Positions 1-10,086 of a stretch of DNA of 61,216 bases are shown here, one piece after another. Both the position numbers and the translations under genes were made by a program. Positions within the stretch are counted from its first letter, which is position 1, and each line of letters begins with the position of its first letter. The notes beneath the pieces were generated by a model that was not told the origin of the DNA, did not search any database, and saw nothing but the letters and a program-made list of their open reading frames with translations. This stretch comes from a virus: positions 1 to 61,216 of the IMG/VR virus record IMGVR_UViG_3300045988_055475; one strand, 5' to 3'.

Positions 1-55
1 ACCTTATCTGATTACGTTAGGCGTTTAGCTGCTGGTAAGACGAAAAAGTTTGCTG
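1..55. repeat. Terminal direct repeat: nt 1-55 are identical to 61162-61216. This is most simply the overlap from circularising the assembly.
   Basis: Exact 55-nt match read directly between window start and end; an ORF continues in frame across the junction. Confidence 0.85.
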
Positions 56-606
56 CGGATTTTCCTTCGCTCATTGATATGAATAGGCGTGTCCTTACCA
101 AGCTTAAACATGCTAAGGCTGAATTGAACGCAGACAGGATTGCAGTTATTCAGTTCCATAATGGGTGTCAGAACTTGTCTGGTATTGACTTTGCAAAGAT
201 GTCCTGCACACACGAGGCTGTTCGTCCCGGCCTTAAGCCAGCACAGGCTGACTTCTTAAACTTGCCTGTGTCTGCTTTCTCATATCTTACTAACGCTGCT
301 TTTGGTACAGAACCTAAAGTAATCCTGAACATAGAACGTCTGCGTAAGTTTGATATGTCCACATACACAATGTTGAAGTCACACAAGGTTGTGTCCTTTG
401 CTCTTGCTCCTCTTATATCTGACGACCAAGATGTCTTTGGCTTCCTTGTCGTAGAGTTCTGCAAGCTCCGCGAAGACATAACTTCTGCTGACTTCCAATT
501 CCTTTTAAAGATGTACGCAGAGAAGATAGCTGCACTGCTTGACCGCTCTGACTTAGGTGACCTTGATGAAGAAAGACTCTATAAAGCCCCTTCTGAAGAA
601 GCCTAG
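1..606 (+). CDS. 3' part of the wrap-around first plus-arm gene (hypothetical early protein); 5' end is at 61045
   Basis: Open in frame from nt 1 through stop at 606; ORF track 79..606 is its internal-Met fragment. Confidence 0.55.
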   Translation, partial: TLSDYVRRLAAGKTKKFAADFPSLIDMNRRVLTKLKHAKAELNADRIAVIQFHNGCQNLSGIDFAKMSCTHEAVRPGLKPAQADFLNLPVSAFSYLTNAAFGTEPKVILNIERLRKFDMSTYTMLKSHKVVSFALAPLISDDQDVFGFLVVEFCKLREDITSADFQFLLKMYAEKIAALLDRSDLGDLDEERLYKAPSEEA

Positions 607-907
607 TCCTTCTGTAGTTGTTCCTGATGGTAAGGGATGTACCAAGGGAGACGAACTTCTTCGTCGTCTTCGCTTTGAATTTGGGTACGATCCCATCAAG
701 GAACTTGTGCATTTGGCTAGGTCTGCTAAGACTAACAGCGCAGAGAAGATTAAGATCGCCTCTGAACTGCTGAGCTACTACCAGCCGAAGATGAAAGCTA
801 TGGATTTCAATCCGAATGCTGGTGAAGTTATTAACGTTAACATCTCTTTCCCTGACGAAGAAACTGCTCCTGCGGGACTTAAGGATCTGGTGAAAGAAAC
901 CGCGTAA
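566..907 (+). CDS. Putative terminase small subunit (about 113 aa), immediately upstream of the large terminase
   Basis: Position directly 5' of terL; motif 'KIKIASELLSYYQPKMKA' resembles the conserved 'RIKAAELLL..GKP' stretch of many TerS proteins; start overlaps previous gene (ATG 566 inside listed 557..907 ORF). Confidence 0.45.
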   Translation: MKKDSIKPLLKKPSPSVVVPDGKGCTKGDELLRRLRFEFGYDPIKELVHLARSAKTNSAEKIKIASELLSYYQPKMKAMDFNPNAGEVINVNISFPDEETAPAGLKDLVKETA

Positions 908-915
908 GGACTGTC

Positions 916-2331
916 ATGGAAATCAACTACCAAGTCCTGCCCACGTTTGCAAAGATTCATCATGACCCTAATCCTTTTCTGTTCGTGATGGGGCCAGTGG
1001 GATCTGGCAAGTCCTCTGGTTGTATCTTTCAAGCGTTCTTTAATGCTATGCGTCAGAAACCAGACGAGCATGGAGTCAGGCACAGCAGACACCTTGTTGT
1101 CCGTGCAACGTACCCGGCCCTAAAGTCAACCACCATTAAAACGTGGTTGTCATGGTTTAAAGACAAGATCACTATCACTTATTCTACCCCCATCGTCGGC
1201 AAGATTAAGTATCCGTTAGCTGATGGTACGACCGTAGATATGGAAGTCGTATTCATCGCTGTCGACGATGATAGATCTGCTGAAAAGCTTCGTTCGTTGG
1301 AAGTGACCTCTGCTCACTTGAACGAAGCGTCTGAACTTACTGAAGGTACTTTCCAGCTTATCAAGACACGCTTTAGGCGTTACCCTGCTATGAAAGATGG
1401 TGGTCCAGTCAGGCCATTCATCATACTTGACTACAACGCCGTAAGTACCGAACACTGGTTATATCGCCTTGCAGAGGAAGACAAACCAGAAGGACATAGT
1501 TTCTACCGCCAACCTCCGGCTATGCTTAAGGTTGAAGGTAAGTATGTCCCTAATCCTGAAGCAGAGAACCTCGCCAACCTTGACAAGGACTACTACGAAA
1601 CTATGTGTCTGGGTGCAGACGATGACTTTATCAACGTCAACGTACTCAACAACTATGGTGAAGTAAAGCGAGGTAAGCCTGTTTATAAGGATTACAGTGA
1701 CCTTGAACACCATGTTGATGAAGAAGTGCTTCCTCTTCGTGGTGTGCCTGTTGTCATAGGAATGGACCAAGGATTAACTCCTTCTGCTGCTTTCACACAA
1801 CAAGCTCCAGACGGTACAGTTATTGTGTTTGATGAGATCTGCACAGACAACTGTTCGCTTAAAGAGTTCTGTGAAGAACATCTCTGGCCTAAGATCACAT
1901 CTAAGTATCCTTGGATTGTAAATAACTTTAAAGTTGTGTGTGACCCTGCTACTTCACAGAGGTCAATGAACGACGCTAAGTCTGGCATGGAGATACTGAA
2001 AGAATGTAATCTTCCTGTCAAGTTAGCTAAGACAAACAACTGGACTCCTCGCTTTGAAGCCGTTGCTCAGTTCCTTCGTTTGAAGGGTAAGTTCAAGCTT
2101 GGTCCTCAGTGCATAGCCCTAAGAAAAGGCTTTGTGTCTGAGTACAAGTACGCTGAGTCTAAGACTGTTAACGGTGTTCTTTACAAAGCGTCTCCTGTCA
2201 AGAATGAGTTCTCTCACATTCATGACGCCTTGCAGTACGCAATGATGGAGTACGTGCATAAGCGAGAGAAGAAGTTCTTGTTTAATACACAACGTAAATA
2301 TCGTGCTGCTAGCCAGATTGGAGGCTACTAA
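916..2331 (+). CDS. terL: Terminase large subunit (471 aa)
   Basis: Walker A 'GPVGSGKSS' near N-terminus, size and position directly upstream of the portal gene; RBS 'aagga' before ATG. Confidence 0.88.
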   Translation: MEINYQVLPTFAKIHHDPNPFLFVMGPVGSGKSSGCIFQAFFNAMRQKPDEHGVRHSRHLVVRATYPALKSTTIKTWLSWFKDKITITYSTPIVGKIKYPLADGTTVDMEVVFIAVDDDRSAEKLRSLEVTSAHLNEASELTEGTFQLIKTRFRRYPAMKDGGPVRPFIILDYNAVSTEHWLYRLAEEDKPEGHSFYRQPPAMLKVEGKYVPNPEAENLANLDKDYYETMCLGADDDFINVNVLNNYGEVKRGKPVYKDYSDLEHHVDEEVLPLRGVPVVIGMDQGLTPSAAFTQQAPDGTVIVFDEICTDNCSLKEFCEEHLWPKITSKYPWIVNNFKVVCDPATSQRSMNDAKSGMEILKECNLPVKLAKTNNWTPRFEAVAQFLRLKGKFKLGPQCIALRKGFVSEYKYAESKTVNGVLYKASPVKNEFSHIHDALQYAMMEYVHKREKKFLFNTQRKYRAASQIGGY

Positions 2332-2336
2332 AAACC

Positions 2337-4424
2337 ATGACTGAAAAAGATTTTTTCGGTTCTGGAACTGTAATCGACTCTGCCGAAGACAAAGACGTAC
2401 AGGACTTTCTTAAGGAAGTTTCTGACGACATGCAGGTAGATGAAGATTCCGGTGCAGAAGATACCGAAGGTGCGCCTGAAACGCCCCAAGGTCTGGCTGC
2501 ATTTGTTCGTGAAGCATTTGATCGATCGGACAGTGCACGTAAGACTATTGAAGAGAAGTGGTTGAACGCCCTTCGTCAGTACAAAGGTATCTACTCTCCT
2601 GAAGTTCTTGAACGTATGGACCCTCTTCGTAGTAAAGCTTTTGTTCGTATGACGAGAACTAAGGTCAAGACTGTTGACAGTCGTCTGTCTGACCTGCTGT
2701 TCCCTGCGAACGGAGAGAAGAACTGGGGCATTGAGCCCACGCCACTGCCGCAGTTTAGCAAGAAGAAAGAAGCTGCTATCCTTGAAGTTGTTTCTCAAGA
2801 CCAAGGTAAGCAGATTAGCCCTGAAGAACTCTATGTTCTTATGCAGGATGAAGCTAAGAACCAAGCTGGTAAGATGTCTAAGGTCATCGAAGATCAGCTT
2901 GCTGAGTTGAAGTACCGTGAGATTATGCGTGATGTCATGCATTCTGGTAATCTGTATGGTACTGGCATTCTTAAAGGACCTCTTGTTTCTATCTCTGAAA
3001 ACCGTCAGTACTATAAGAAGGAAAAGAATGGAGATAAAGAGAAGTGGATACTCTGTGAGTATGACTCCATCACACCCTTCATCGAGAACGTCCGCATATG
3101 GGATATCTACCCGGACATGGAAGCTACTTGCCCCTCCGAATGTAGATACATCATTCAGCGACGGAAGATGGATAAGCACGATGTCATCGGTCTCGGAAAG
3201 AGATCAGACTTCAATGGAGATTTAATCTCTACATATGTTGCTGAGAATCCTGAAGGTGACTATCAGAAGAAGGACTTCGAGAACCAGCTGACCTCTATGG
3301 GTGATGTGATCGACAGCGGTGTTGCTGACGCTGCTCACTCTAAGAAGTACGAAGTGTTTGAGTTCTGGGGTTTTGTAGATGCTGATGATCTGAATCAGGT
3401 GGGTGTTGAAATTCCCGAACGTATGCAGGGTCAGGTAGAGCTGGCTGCAAACATTTGGGTGCTTGGTAACCACGTCATTAAAGCGTCTCTCATGCCTATG
3501 GAAGGCGTTAAGTGGCCTTACTTCTTCTACTACTATGACAAAGACGAAACCTCCATCTTTGGGGAAGGCATTCCGTCTATCATGTCTGATGTTCAGGAGT
3601 TGATCAACAGTGCGTTCAGAGCTATGCTGGACAACGCTGCTATCTCTGCTGGCCCTCAGATTGAAGTAAACCTTGACCTTATGTCGGAAGACGAAGATCC
3701 TCGTGATGTCTATCCGTTTAAGGTATGGATGCGTACAGGTGAAGGAGCTGATGCTGCTAACCCTGCTATCCGTGTCTTCCAGCTTCCCAGTTATACTACT
3801 GAGTTTGAACGGATGATTGAACTCTTCCGCAGCTACGGGGATGAAGTTACTTCTATTCCTCGTCAGATGTGGGGAGAACCTTCTGGTGCTGCTGGTCGTA
3901 CTGCTTCTGGCTTGTCTATGTTGATGGGTTCTGCAAACATTACGATCAAGGACCAAGTCAAGAACTTTGACGATGGCATCACTAAGCCGTTCATCTCTGC
4001 TATGTATCACTGGAACATGAAGTTCAATAGTGACTCTGATATCAAGGGTGACTATGCTGTTCAAGCTCGTGGTACTTCGTCTCTTATCGCTAAGGAAATC
4101 AGAGCACAGAGTCTGATTAACTTTGCACAGATCACTAACAATCAGGTTGACCTTGGCACTGTCAAGCGTCCGAGCATTATTCGTTCGATAGCTGACGCCC
4201 TTGATCTTTCTGATGACAACTTGGTGTACACTGACAAGGAGATTGAAGTTCAGAAGCAGCAAGAACAGAAGCAAGCTCAGGAAGAACGTCAGTGGATGAC
4301 CGACATGGTTGAGACTGCACGGTCTGAAGGTGTTAGCCCTGCGGCTTTGATTGACAGTCTGAGACAGCTTCGTGAAGACATGTCTTTGATTAGTCAGCCT
4401 GAACAAGCGTATCCTCAGAGTTAA
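2337..4424 (+). CDS. Portal protein (695 aa)
   Basis: Large protein between terL and scaffold with acidic N-terminus and C-terminal charged coiled coil 'QKQQEQKQAQEERQ'; gene order terL-portal-scaffold-capsid. Confidence 0.72.
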   Translation: MTEKDFFGSGTVIDSAEDKDVQDFLKEVSDDMQVDEDSGAEDTEGAPETPQGLAAFVREAFDRSDSARKTIEEKWLNALRQYKGIYSPEVLERMDPLRSKAFVRMTRTKVKTVDSRLSDLLFPANGEKNWGIEPTPLPQFSKKKEAAILEVVSQDQGKQISPEELYVLMQDEAKNQAGKMSKVIEDQLAELKYREIMRDVMHSGNLYGTGILKGPLVSISENRQYYKKEKNGDKEKWILCEYDSITPFIENVRIWDIYPDMEATCPSECRYIIQRRKMDKHDVIGLGKRSDFNGDLISTYVAENPEGDYQKKDFENQLTSMGDVIDSGVADAAHSKKYEVFEFWGFVDADDLNQVGVEIPERMQGQVELAANIWVLGNHVIKASLMPMEGVKWPYFFYYYDKDETSIFGEGIPSIMSDVQELINSAFRAMLDNAAISAGPQIEVNLDLMSEDEDPRDVYPFKVWMRTGEGADAANPAIRVFQLPSYTTEFERMIELFRSYGDEVTSIPRQMWGEPSGAAGRTASGLSMLMGSANITIKDQVKNFDDGITKPFISAMYHWNMKFNSDSDIKGDYAVQARGTSSLIAKEIRAQSLINFAQITNNQVDLGTVKRPSIIRSIADALDLSDDNLVYTDKEIEVQKQQEQKQAQEERQWMTDMVETARSEGVSPAALIDSLRQLREDMSLISQPEQAYPQS

Positions 4425-4425
4425 T

Positions 4426-4689
4426 ATGATTGATACACCACTTAACGGTAGGCGTGTGAGCTTGGAGAAAGCCTTCAGGCTCACGGCCAATGCCGACTTA
4501 CAAAAGAATATAGTTGCTTACCTGAAGGTTCTTAGGAGCCAACGGTACAGTAAGTTACTAAGTCCTGATAATACAGACAACGTAGACCGACTTATCGGTG
4601 AACTACGTATGGTACAAAAGCTCTTAGATGTACTGGAACTTGGGAGCGAGCCCCTCTCGGACAACTTGCTCATGAGCCAAGCCAGTTAG
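4426..4689 (+). CDS. Hypothetical small virion-module protein (87 aa)
   Basis: Tightly packed ORF between portal and scaffold genes. Confidence 0.4.
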   Translation: MIDTPLNGRRVSLEKAFRLTANADLQKNIVAYLKVLRSQRYSKLLSPDNTDNVDRLIGELRMVQKLLDVLELGSEPLSDNLLMSQAS

Positions 4690-4729
4690 GACTTAGGGTA
4701 TTAACCCTCCCTAACTTAGTTATAAGAAT

Positions 4730-5689
4730 ATGAACGATCAGAACAACAAAGATTTCAATGAAGCCTTCGACGAACTTGCGAAGTCTTACGAAGATCCCTC
4801 TAAGGTAGAGCCCTCGTTTGATGATTTCATGAGTGAGCCTGAAGATCCTTCCGAAGAAGAAAACGTCGTGAGCCAGAATGATGACGACGAAGTTCAGCCT
4901 GAAAACGAATCTGAGCAGGAGCAGGAACAAGAAGCCCCTGCCCAGAATGAACAGCAGACTACTGAGCTTCCTCTGAATTATAAAGAGCTTTATGAAAAAG
5001 CAAAGCGTGACGCTGAAGCACAGAATACTCTGTGGGCTAGCAGACTCGCAGATCTGTCGCATAAGTATCAGGAACTCAAAGACACGAAGAACGTGCCTGA
5101 ACAGAAGAAGGAAGAGTCAGACGAACTTCCGGACAATGTGAAGGAACTCTTTGAGATTCATCCTGAGATTGCTAATGCAGTGAAAGCGCTTGTTGATACC
5201 AAGGTGTCTGCTGTTAAGAAGAACGTTGAAACTGAGCTTAAGACTCGGGTTGAACCTATTCAGCAGCAGATCTTCCAGTCCGAAGCGGATAAACATTTCA
5301 GTGCTATCCGTGCTGCCCACCCCGACATCAATGCGATTATGGACAGTGGTGATCTCTTTACTTGGATTAACTCTCTGCCTCCTGTGATGCAGAACGGTGC
5401 TAAGTATGTGTATCAGTACGGTACGGCACAGGAAGTTATTTCTCTTCTGGACGACTACAAGTCTGCTCGTGGCGTTAACAAGCCACAGATGACTAGGGCT
5501 TCTTCTACTCAGGTGCAGGCAAACCCTGCTGCTGAGACTGAAGACATTGTTAAACAAGTGCTCGCTGCTATGGCAGTTCGTACTGGCAAGGAACCTATTG
5601 ATATCAGCAATAAGCCCAAAGCCAAACCTCGTGAGAAGTCTTTTGATGACTTTGCCCGTGAGTATGAACGTAGCAGACGGACGCGCTAA
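4730..5689 (+). CDS. Scaffolding protein (319 aa)
   Basis: Very acidic low-complexity N-terminal half (DDDEVQPENESEQEQEQE), helical charged remainder, located immediately upstream of the capsid gene. Confidence 0.6.
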   Translation: MNDQNNKDFNEAFDELAKSYEDPSKVEPSFDDFMSEPEDPSEEENVVSQNDDDEVQPENESEQEQEQEAPAQNEQQTTELPLNYKELYEKAKRDAEAQNTLWASRLADLSHKYQELKDTKNVPEQKKEESDELPDNVKELFEIHPEIANAVKALVDTKVSAVKKNVETELKTRVEPIQQQIFQSEADKHFSAIRAAHPDINAIMDSGDLFTWINSLPPVMQNGAKYVYQYGTAQEVISLLDDYKSARGVNKPQMTRASSTQVQANPAAETEDIVKQVLAAMAVRTGKEPIDISNKPKAKPREKSFDDFAREYERSRRTR

Positions 5690-5719
5690 ACTCGTTTTTG
5701 AAACTAGGAATTATATCTA

Positions 5720-6757
5720 ATGGCTACTCCGAATACTATCATGCACACTGGTGCTACCAGCTCTTCTACTAACGGTACTCTCAGCACGATGGCTAATGTC
5801 TATGTCGTTGCTAAGATGCTCATCCGTGCTCTTCCCTACCTCGTGTTTGAAAAGTTTGGTCAGGCTTATCCCCTGCCGACCAAGAGCACGAAGACCGCTA
5901 AGTTCCGTCGCTTCGAATCTCTTGATGCCACGCCGAATGAACTGACTGAAGGCGTTACGCCTACTGCTCAGACCTTCTCGGTTACCGACATTGAAGCCAC
6001 TGTGCATCAGTACGGTAACCTCGTGACCATGACCGACGTTCTGCTCGATACCAACGATTCCCCTGTTATGGAACAGGTCACGCAGATCGTGGGTGAACAG
6101 GCTGCGGAAACTGTTGAAAACATGCGTATCGGTGTTCTGCTCGGCGGTTCCAACGTTGAGTATGCGAACGGCGAAGCTCGTAGTGACGTGAACACGCCCA
6201 TCACTCTGCCTCTGCAGCGTCGCATTACGCGTAAGCTGAAGAACCAGAAGGCTCGCTTCCTGACCGATAGCATTAAGTCCACGCCTCGCTTCTACACTGA
6301 ATCCATCTCCCCCTGCTTCGTGGCTGTCTGCCATCCCGACTGTGAAGCTGACATCCGTTCGATGCCTCACTTCCAAGACGTGAAGGACTACGGCAACACG
6401 TCTCCGTGGGAAAATGAAATCGGTGCTGTGGAAGGCGTGCGTTACCTCTTCACCACTCTGATGAAGAGCTGGCCGGATGCTGGTGGTGCTAAGACGAACG
6501 CTGCTGGTGACACGATGGTTTCGACCACCGGTACCAAGGCTGACGTTTATCCCATCCTCTTCCTTGCGAAGGATGCCTATGGTCTGGTGCCCCTGAAGGG
6601 TGCTGAGTCCCTGACTCCGGTGATCATCAATCCTTCTCACACTGAATCTGACCCGCTCGCTCAGCGTGCCCACGTTGCTTGGAAGACCATGCAGACCTGC
6701 GTGATTCTCAATCAGGCTTGGATGGTTCGCGCTGAAGTCGCTTGTACCGACTACTAA
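5720..6757 (+). CDS. Major capsid protein (345 aa)
   Basis: Follows scaffold gene; strong codon bias and higher GC than neighbours; followed by the strongest intrinsic terminator in the window. Confidence 0.7.
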   Translation: MATPNTIMHTGATSSSTNGTLSTMANVYVVAKMLIRALPYLVFEKFGQAYPLPTKSTKTAKFRRFESLDATPNELTEGVTPTAQTFSVTDIEATVHQYGNLVTMTDVLLDTNDSPVMEQVTQIVGEQAAETVENMRIGVLLGGSNVEYANGEARSDVNTPITLPLQRRITRKLKNQKARFLTDSIKSTPRFYTESISPCFVAVCHPDCEADIRSMPHFQDVKDYGNTSPWENEIGAVEGVRYLFTTLMKSWPDAGGAKTNAAGDTMVSTTGTKADVYPILFLAKDAYGLVPLKGAESLTPVIINPSHTESDPLAQRAHVAWKTMQTCVILNQAWMVRAEVACTDY

Positions 6758-6770
6758 GCCTTGACCATAC

Positions 6771-6806
6771 GGGGAGAACAACTACTCTTGGGGTTCTCCC
6801 CTTTCT
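6771..6806 (+). terminator. Rho-independent terminator after the capsid gene
   Basis: 9-bp perfect stem ggggagaac/gttctcccc, 12-nt loop, then 'tttct'. Confidence 0.65.
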
Positions 6807-6862
6807 AGTATCTAGCTCTGCTACACCTAGCTCTACAAACTAAATTTTAAGGTATAATCTTT

Positions 6863-7432
6863 ATGGCTAACACTCCTGTTTTTACTGACACCGATCTCAA
6901 CTCTGCTTCTGATATGCAGATTCGGGATATGCTTTTTGAACGTGGTCTTCACATTCCGCTGACGGAAGATAACAAGCTCATCCGTAAGCACGCTGTGCGT
7001 CTGTTGATGGACTGGAGACAGGACCATGCTAGTATGAACACGAACGCACGTAAGTGCCGGGTTATCTTTCATACGTCTTCTAATCCTTCTGCTGGCCCTT
7101 ACGTGTATGCTTCTGTGAACAGCAAGAACTTCCAAGCTCCCTACGGTAAGGAAGTGATTGTTCCTGAGTATATGCTTCGCGAATGCATTGACCGTGCGTA
7201 CACTACGTCTTATCAGACGCAACAGGATGAGTTCGGTCGGCAGTCTTCTGTTGAAGTTCACATTCCTACGTATCCTTATACGTTCCTTGGTTATGTTGAG
7301 GAACAGGTTGACGGAACGGAAGAAGTGGTTCCCACTCCTGAACAGGTTGGTAAGATGGAAGCTGATGCTCTTGACATCAAGCTGACGATGCCTGTGAAGC
7401 GTGGCCCCGGTCGTCCGCGTAAGAATAGTTAG
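6863..7432 (+). CDS. Hypothetical structural-module protein (189 aa) with a C-terminal AT-hook-like 'KRGPGRPRK'
   Basis: ORF with RBS-like context after capsid terminator; the GRP core is visible in the translation. Confidence 0.5.
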   Translation: MANTPVFTDTDLNSASDMQIRDMLFERGLHIPLTEDNKLIRKHAVRLLMDWRQDHASMNTNARKCRVIFHTSSNPSAGPYVYASVNSKNFQAPYGKEVIVPEYMLRECIDRAYTTSYQTQQDEFGRQSSVEVHIPTYPYTFLGYVEEQVDGTEEVVPTPEQVGKMEADALDIKLTMPVKRGPGRPRKNS

Positions 7433-7449
7433 TCTAACATTTTGCTTAC

Positions 7450-8172
7450 TTGAGGGTAATAATGAAAGTCTCTGATATCATCAATAGAGTAACTCTTCTG
7501 TATAATGATATGGACTATGCTCGACTCTCAAAGCACCAGTATCTTGAGTTTCTTGACGATGCTATTAATAAGCTGATCATGATGCGTCCTGACGTATGGG
7601 TTAAAACTGACATAGTTAAGTTGAACCCCGGTATTCGTCAGACTATTCCTGATGATGCTTATGCTCTCATTGACATCTACTGTAACGCTACAAAGGAAGA
7701 AGACAACACCTTTACGTTTGGTGAACCTGTGTTTCAGGTAGAGCGTAGAGATCTTGACTACTTCTCTGATTGGAGACGAACTACTCCTTCTGATGTTGTC
7801 TACGAATTTGTATATGATCGTAAGACACCTCGGCAGTTTCTTGTTAACCCTCCGGTAGCAAAAGATAAAGATGTCTATGTAGAGATGGCTTACTCTGCAC
7901 CATATACATCTTTTGCAGAAATGGATGACGATGTTGCTATGCAGCAAGACTTACAGCTTATGGGCAACTATCGTGGCCCTATTGTAGACTATATGCTGTA
8001 CCTTGCGTACAGTACTGATAGTACTTCTGCAAACGACAGGCAGATTGCACAACAGTGCATTCAATCTTTCTATCAGTCTTTGGGTCAGGAGTATAATGCT
8101 TCTGTGATTGCTATGCCGAAGATTGATGAGCTACCTACGAATCTTGGGGAGGCACAGCCCAGCAATGATTGA
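7450..8172 (+). CDS. Hypothetical head-tail joining or structural protein (240 aa)
   Basis: Position in morphogenesis operon; clean ORF. Confidence 0.5.
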   Translation: MRVIMKVSDIINRVTLLYNDMDYARLSKHQYLEFLDDAINKLIMMRPDVWVKTDIVKLNPGIRQTIPDDAYALIDIYCNATKEEDNTFTFGEPVFQVERRDLDYFSDWRRTTPSDVVYEFVYDRKTPRQFLVNPPVAKDKDVYVEMAYSAPYTSFAEMDDDVAMQQDLQLMGNYRGPIVDYMLYLAYSTDSTSANDRQIAQQCIQSFYQSLGQEYNASVIAMPKIDELPTNLGEAQPSND

Positions 8173-8854
8173 TCATTTTAATAGCGCTGTTTGGGAAGAT
8201 TTCTTCAAGTACGTGCGTCCTGATGTGCATGGTTGTCCTGTGGCTATGGTGAAAGAAGCTCTGCGAAACGCATGTATTGAGTTTTGTGAGAAGTCTCTTA
8301 TTTGGCAGCAAGAGATTTATTGTGGAGATCTTGTTAAGGATGAACCTAAGTATGGTATCAATATCGTAGACAAAGATGCTACGATTGTGATGCCTGTCAC
8401 TGTTACTATCCGTGATACTGTTGAAGGACAACTTCGTCAGTTTCAAGTAGAGAAAACAAATAGGCAAGACCTTGACTCGTACTCTCCTGATTGGCGTCTG
8501 CGTAAGGATAAGTATCCTAAGTACTTCTATATGGAAAGTCCTAATGTGATGCACCTTGTAGGTGTACCTATGGAAGACATTCCAGAAGCTTTGCATATGC
8601 TTGCTGCTGTGAAGCCTACACGAGAAGCCGATGAGATTCCTAAGTTCCTGTACACGGACTGGGCTGAGACTATTGCTTCCGGTGCACTTGCTTACTTGCA
8701 CAGTCTGTCCGGTAGAGTTTGGTCTAAGCCTAACCTTGTGAACTACTACATTCGCAAGTTCCGTGCTGGTATCTCTCGTGCTAAGTCTAAGGCTTACAAG
8801 TCTTGGGTTGCTCAGTCGAAGACGATGCTCCCTCTTAAACATAAAATTTTCTAA
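8165..8854 (+). CDS. Hypothetical structural protein (229 aa); start refined to the ATG overlapping the upstream stop
   Basis: ATGATTGA overlap with preceding gene; GGGAGG 9 nt upstream of ATG 8165. Confidence 0.5.
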   Translation: MIDHFNSAVWEDFFKYVRPDVHGCPVAMVKEALRNACIEFCEKSLIWQQEIYCGDLVKDEPKYGINIVDKDATIVMPVTVTIRDTVEGQLRQFQVEKTNRQDLDSYSPDWRLRKDKYPKYFYMESPNVMHLVGVPMEDIPEALHMLAAVKPTREADEIPKFLYTDWAETIASGALAYLHSLSGRVWSKPNLVNYYIRKFRAGISRAKSKAYKSWVAQSKTMLPLKHKIF

Positions 8855-8865
8855 AAGGAAATAAC

Positions 8866-9303
8866 ATGTCTGGTTTTAGTACTTACCTTGACAACAAGAT
8901 TCTTGGCCACGTGTTTAATGGCGACACCTACGACACTCCGGCTAAGTACTGGGCGCTGTTCACGTCTTCCACTGGCTTGACTGATAACAGCCCTGTTAGG
9001 GATGAGGTTACTGGTGTAGGCTATGCTCGTGTCAAAGCTGAGAACAGTGCTTTCACGACGCCTACTGCTAGTGTAGTGAATAATGCGAATAACATTGAGT
9101 TCCCTGTTGCTATCTCTAACTGGGGTCGTGTAACACACGTTGCTATCATGGATGCGGCTACGGACGGTAATGTTCTGGCTTGGGGTACTATTCGTAACCC
9201 CCAGTCGCTTGAAGAACGTCCGCGTGTTGTAGATGCTGGTGACCAGTTCATCATCCGCGCCGGGACTTCGATCATTCGTATTACTGACAGCGCTACTGTG
9301 TAA
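8866..9303 (+). CDS. Hypothetical structural protein (145 aa)
   Basis: RBS 'aaggaaataac' then ATG; in structural operon. Confidence 0.5.
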   Translation: MSGFSTYLDNKILGHVFNGDTYDTPAKYWALFTSSTGLTDNSPVRDEVTGVGYARVKAENSAFTTPTASVVNNANNIEFPVAISNWGRVTHVAIMDAATDGNVLAWGTIRNPQSLEERPRVVDAGDQFIIRAGTSIIRITDSATV

Positions 9304-9327
9304 AAAGTTATTTGAGGTAGGTAGACA

Positions 9328-10086
9328 ATGACACTCTTGAATCCTGTTAATGGGATGCTTGTCAACACTACCTTGATAAACGCAGGCACCCCTCAGCTTG
9401 GTGCTGTTAACGCAGATGTTATTGTCGATCTGCTTACACAAGGTAATGTCATCACGACAACTAATGTAACGGTCAAGGCCATTGCAGACTTTCTAGCTGA
9501 CCCCGTTATTCGTTCCTCGTCTGAAAAAATTTATATGTGGTCTGAAGTTAGCATGACTAACAGAGATATAAGAGAGATTATTCCTATCACAGATGTAGGA
9601 ACTAATATAGTATCTCATGTTAGCATGTCTAAGCTTCCTTTTGATGTTATCATCAGAGGTGTTCTTATAGAAGCAGCCACAGACATGGAGGCTAAGCAAA
9701 CTGTAGGTAGGGTAGGTGTTACTTCCGTTGAAGCAGTTGCACACATGGATGACACTGAAGCTGACATTCTACAGCGTGCGTGGTTCTGCGAAGCTGGAAC
9801 GGACATGGTTACTTCTGTGGTAATTGGTCGGCTTGGTGCTGTTGATATCGAAGCTATAGCAGAACCTAAACCTTGGGCTAATGTTATCTCTGAGAATGCA
9901 ACAAGCATAGAAGCTAGCCATGAATGGCCTGTAGTAGATGTCACAATCAAGGTCGGTGATGCTGTCAAGCTTGACGACTGTAATTGTGACTGCCCTGTGT
10001 ATGGGCCTAATCTTACTTTCCCTCCAGAAGGATGTGACATAAATGGCAATTCAATTTGCAAACAATGCTGCGACGACACTCTTTAG
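9328..10086 (+). CDS. Hypothetical structural protein (252 aa) with internal sequence repeats and a Cys-rich C-terminus
   Basis: Repeated 'EA(A/G)TDM...V(G/T)S/R' segments and terminal 'CNCDCPVYG...CKQCCDD' seen in translation. Confidence 0.5.
   Translation: MTLLNPVNGMLVNTTLINAGTPQLGAVNADVIVDLLTQGNVITTTNVTVKAIADFLADPVIRSSSEKIYMWSEVSMTNRDIREIIPITDVGTNIVSHVSMSKLPFDVIIRGVLIEAATDMEAKQTVGRVGVTSVEAVAHMDDTEADILQRAWFCEAGTDMVTSVVIGRLGAVDIEAIAEPKPWANVISENATSIEASHEWPVVDVTIKVGDAVKLDDCNCDCPVYGPNLTFPPEGCDINGNSICKQCCDDTL

Noticed and set aside
2328-4490. Long minus-strand ORFs (283 aa and 422 aa) antisense to the portal gene
   Set aside because: Low-complexity, Arg/Leu/Ser-rich translations without ribosome-binding sites. 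They sit fully inside a well-supported plus-strand gene and are typical antisense artefacts.
5717-6781. 354-aa minus-strand ORF antisense to the capsid gene
   Set aside because: GC-rich codon-biased capsid gene generates a stop-free antisense frame; translation is not protein-like (R/G/H/S-rich).
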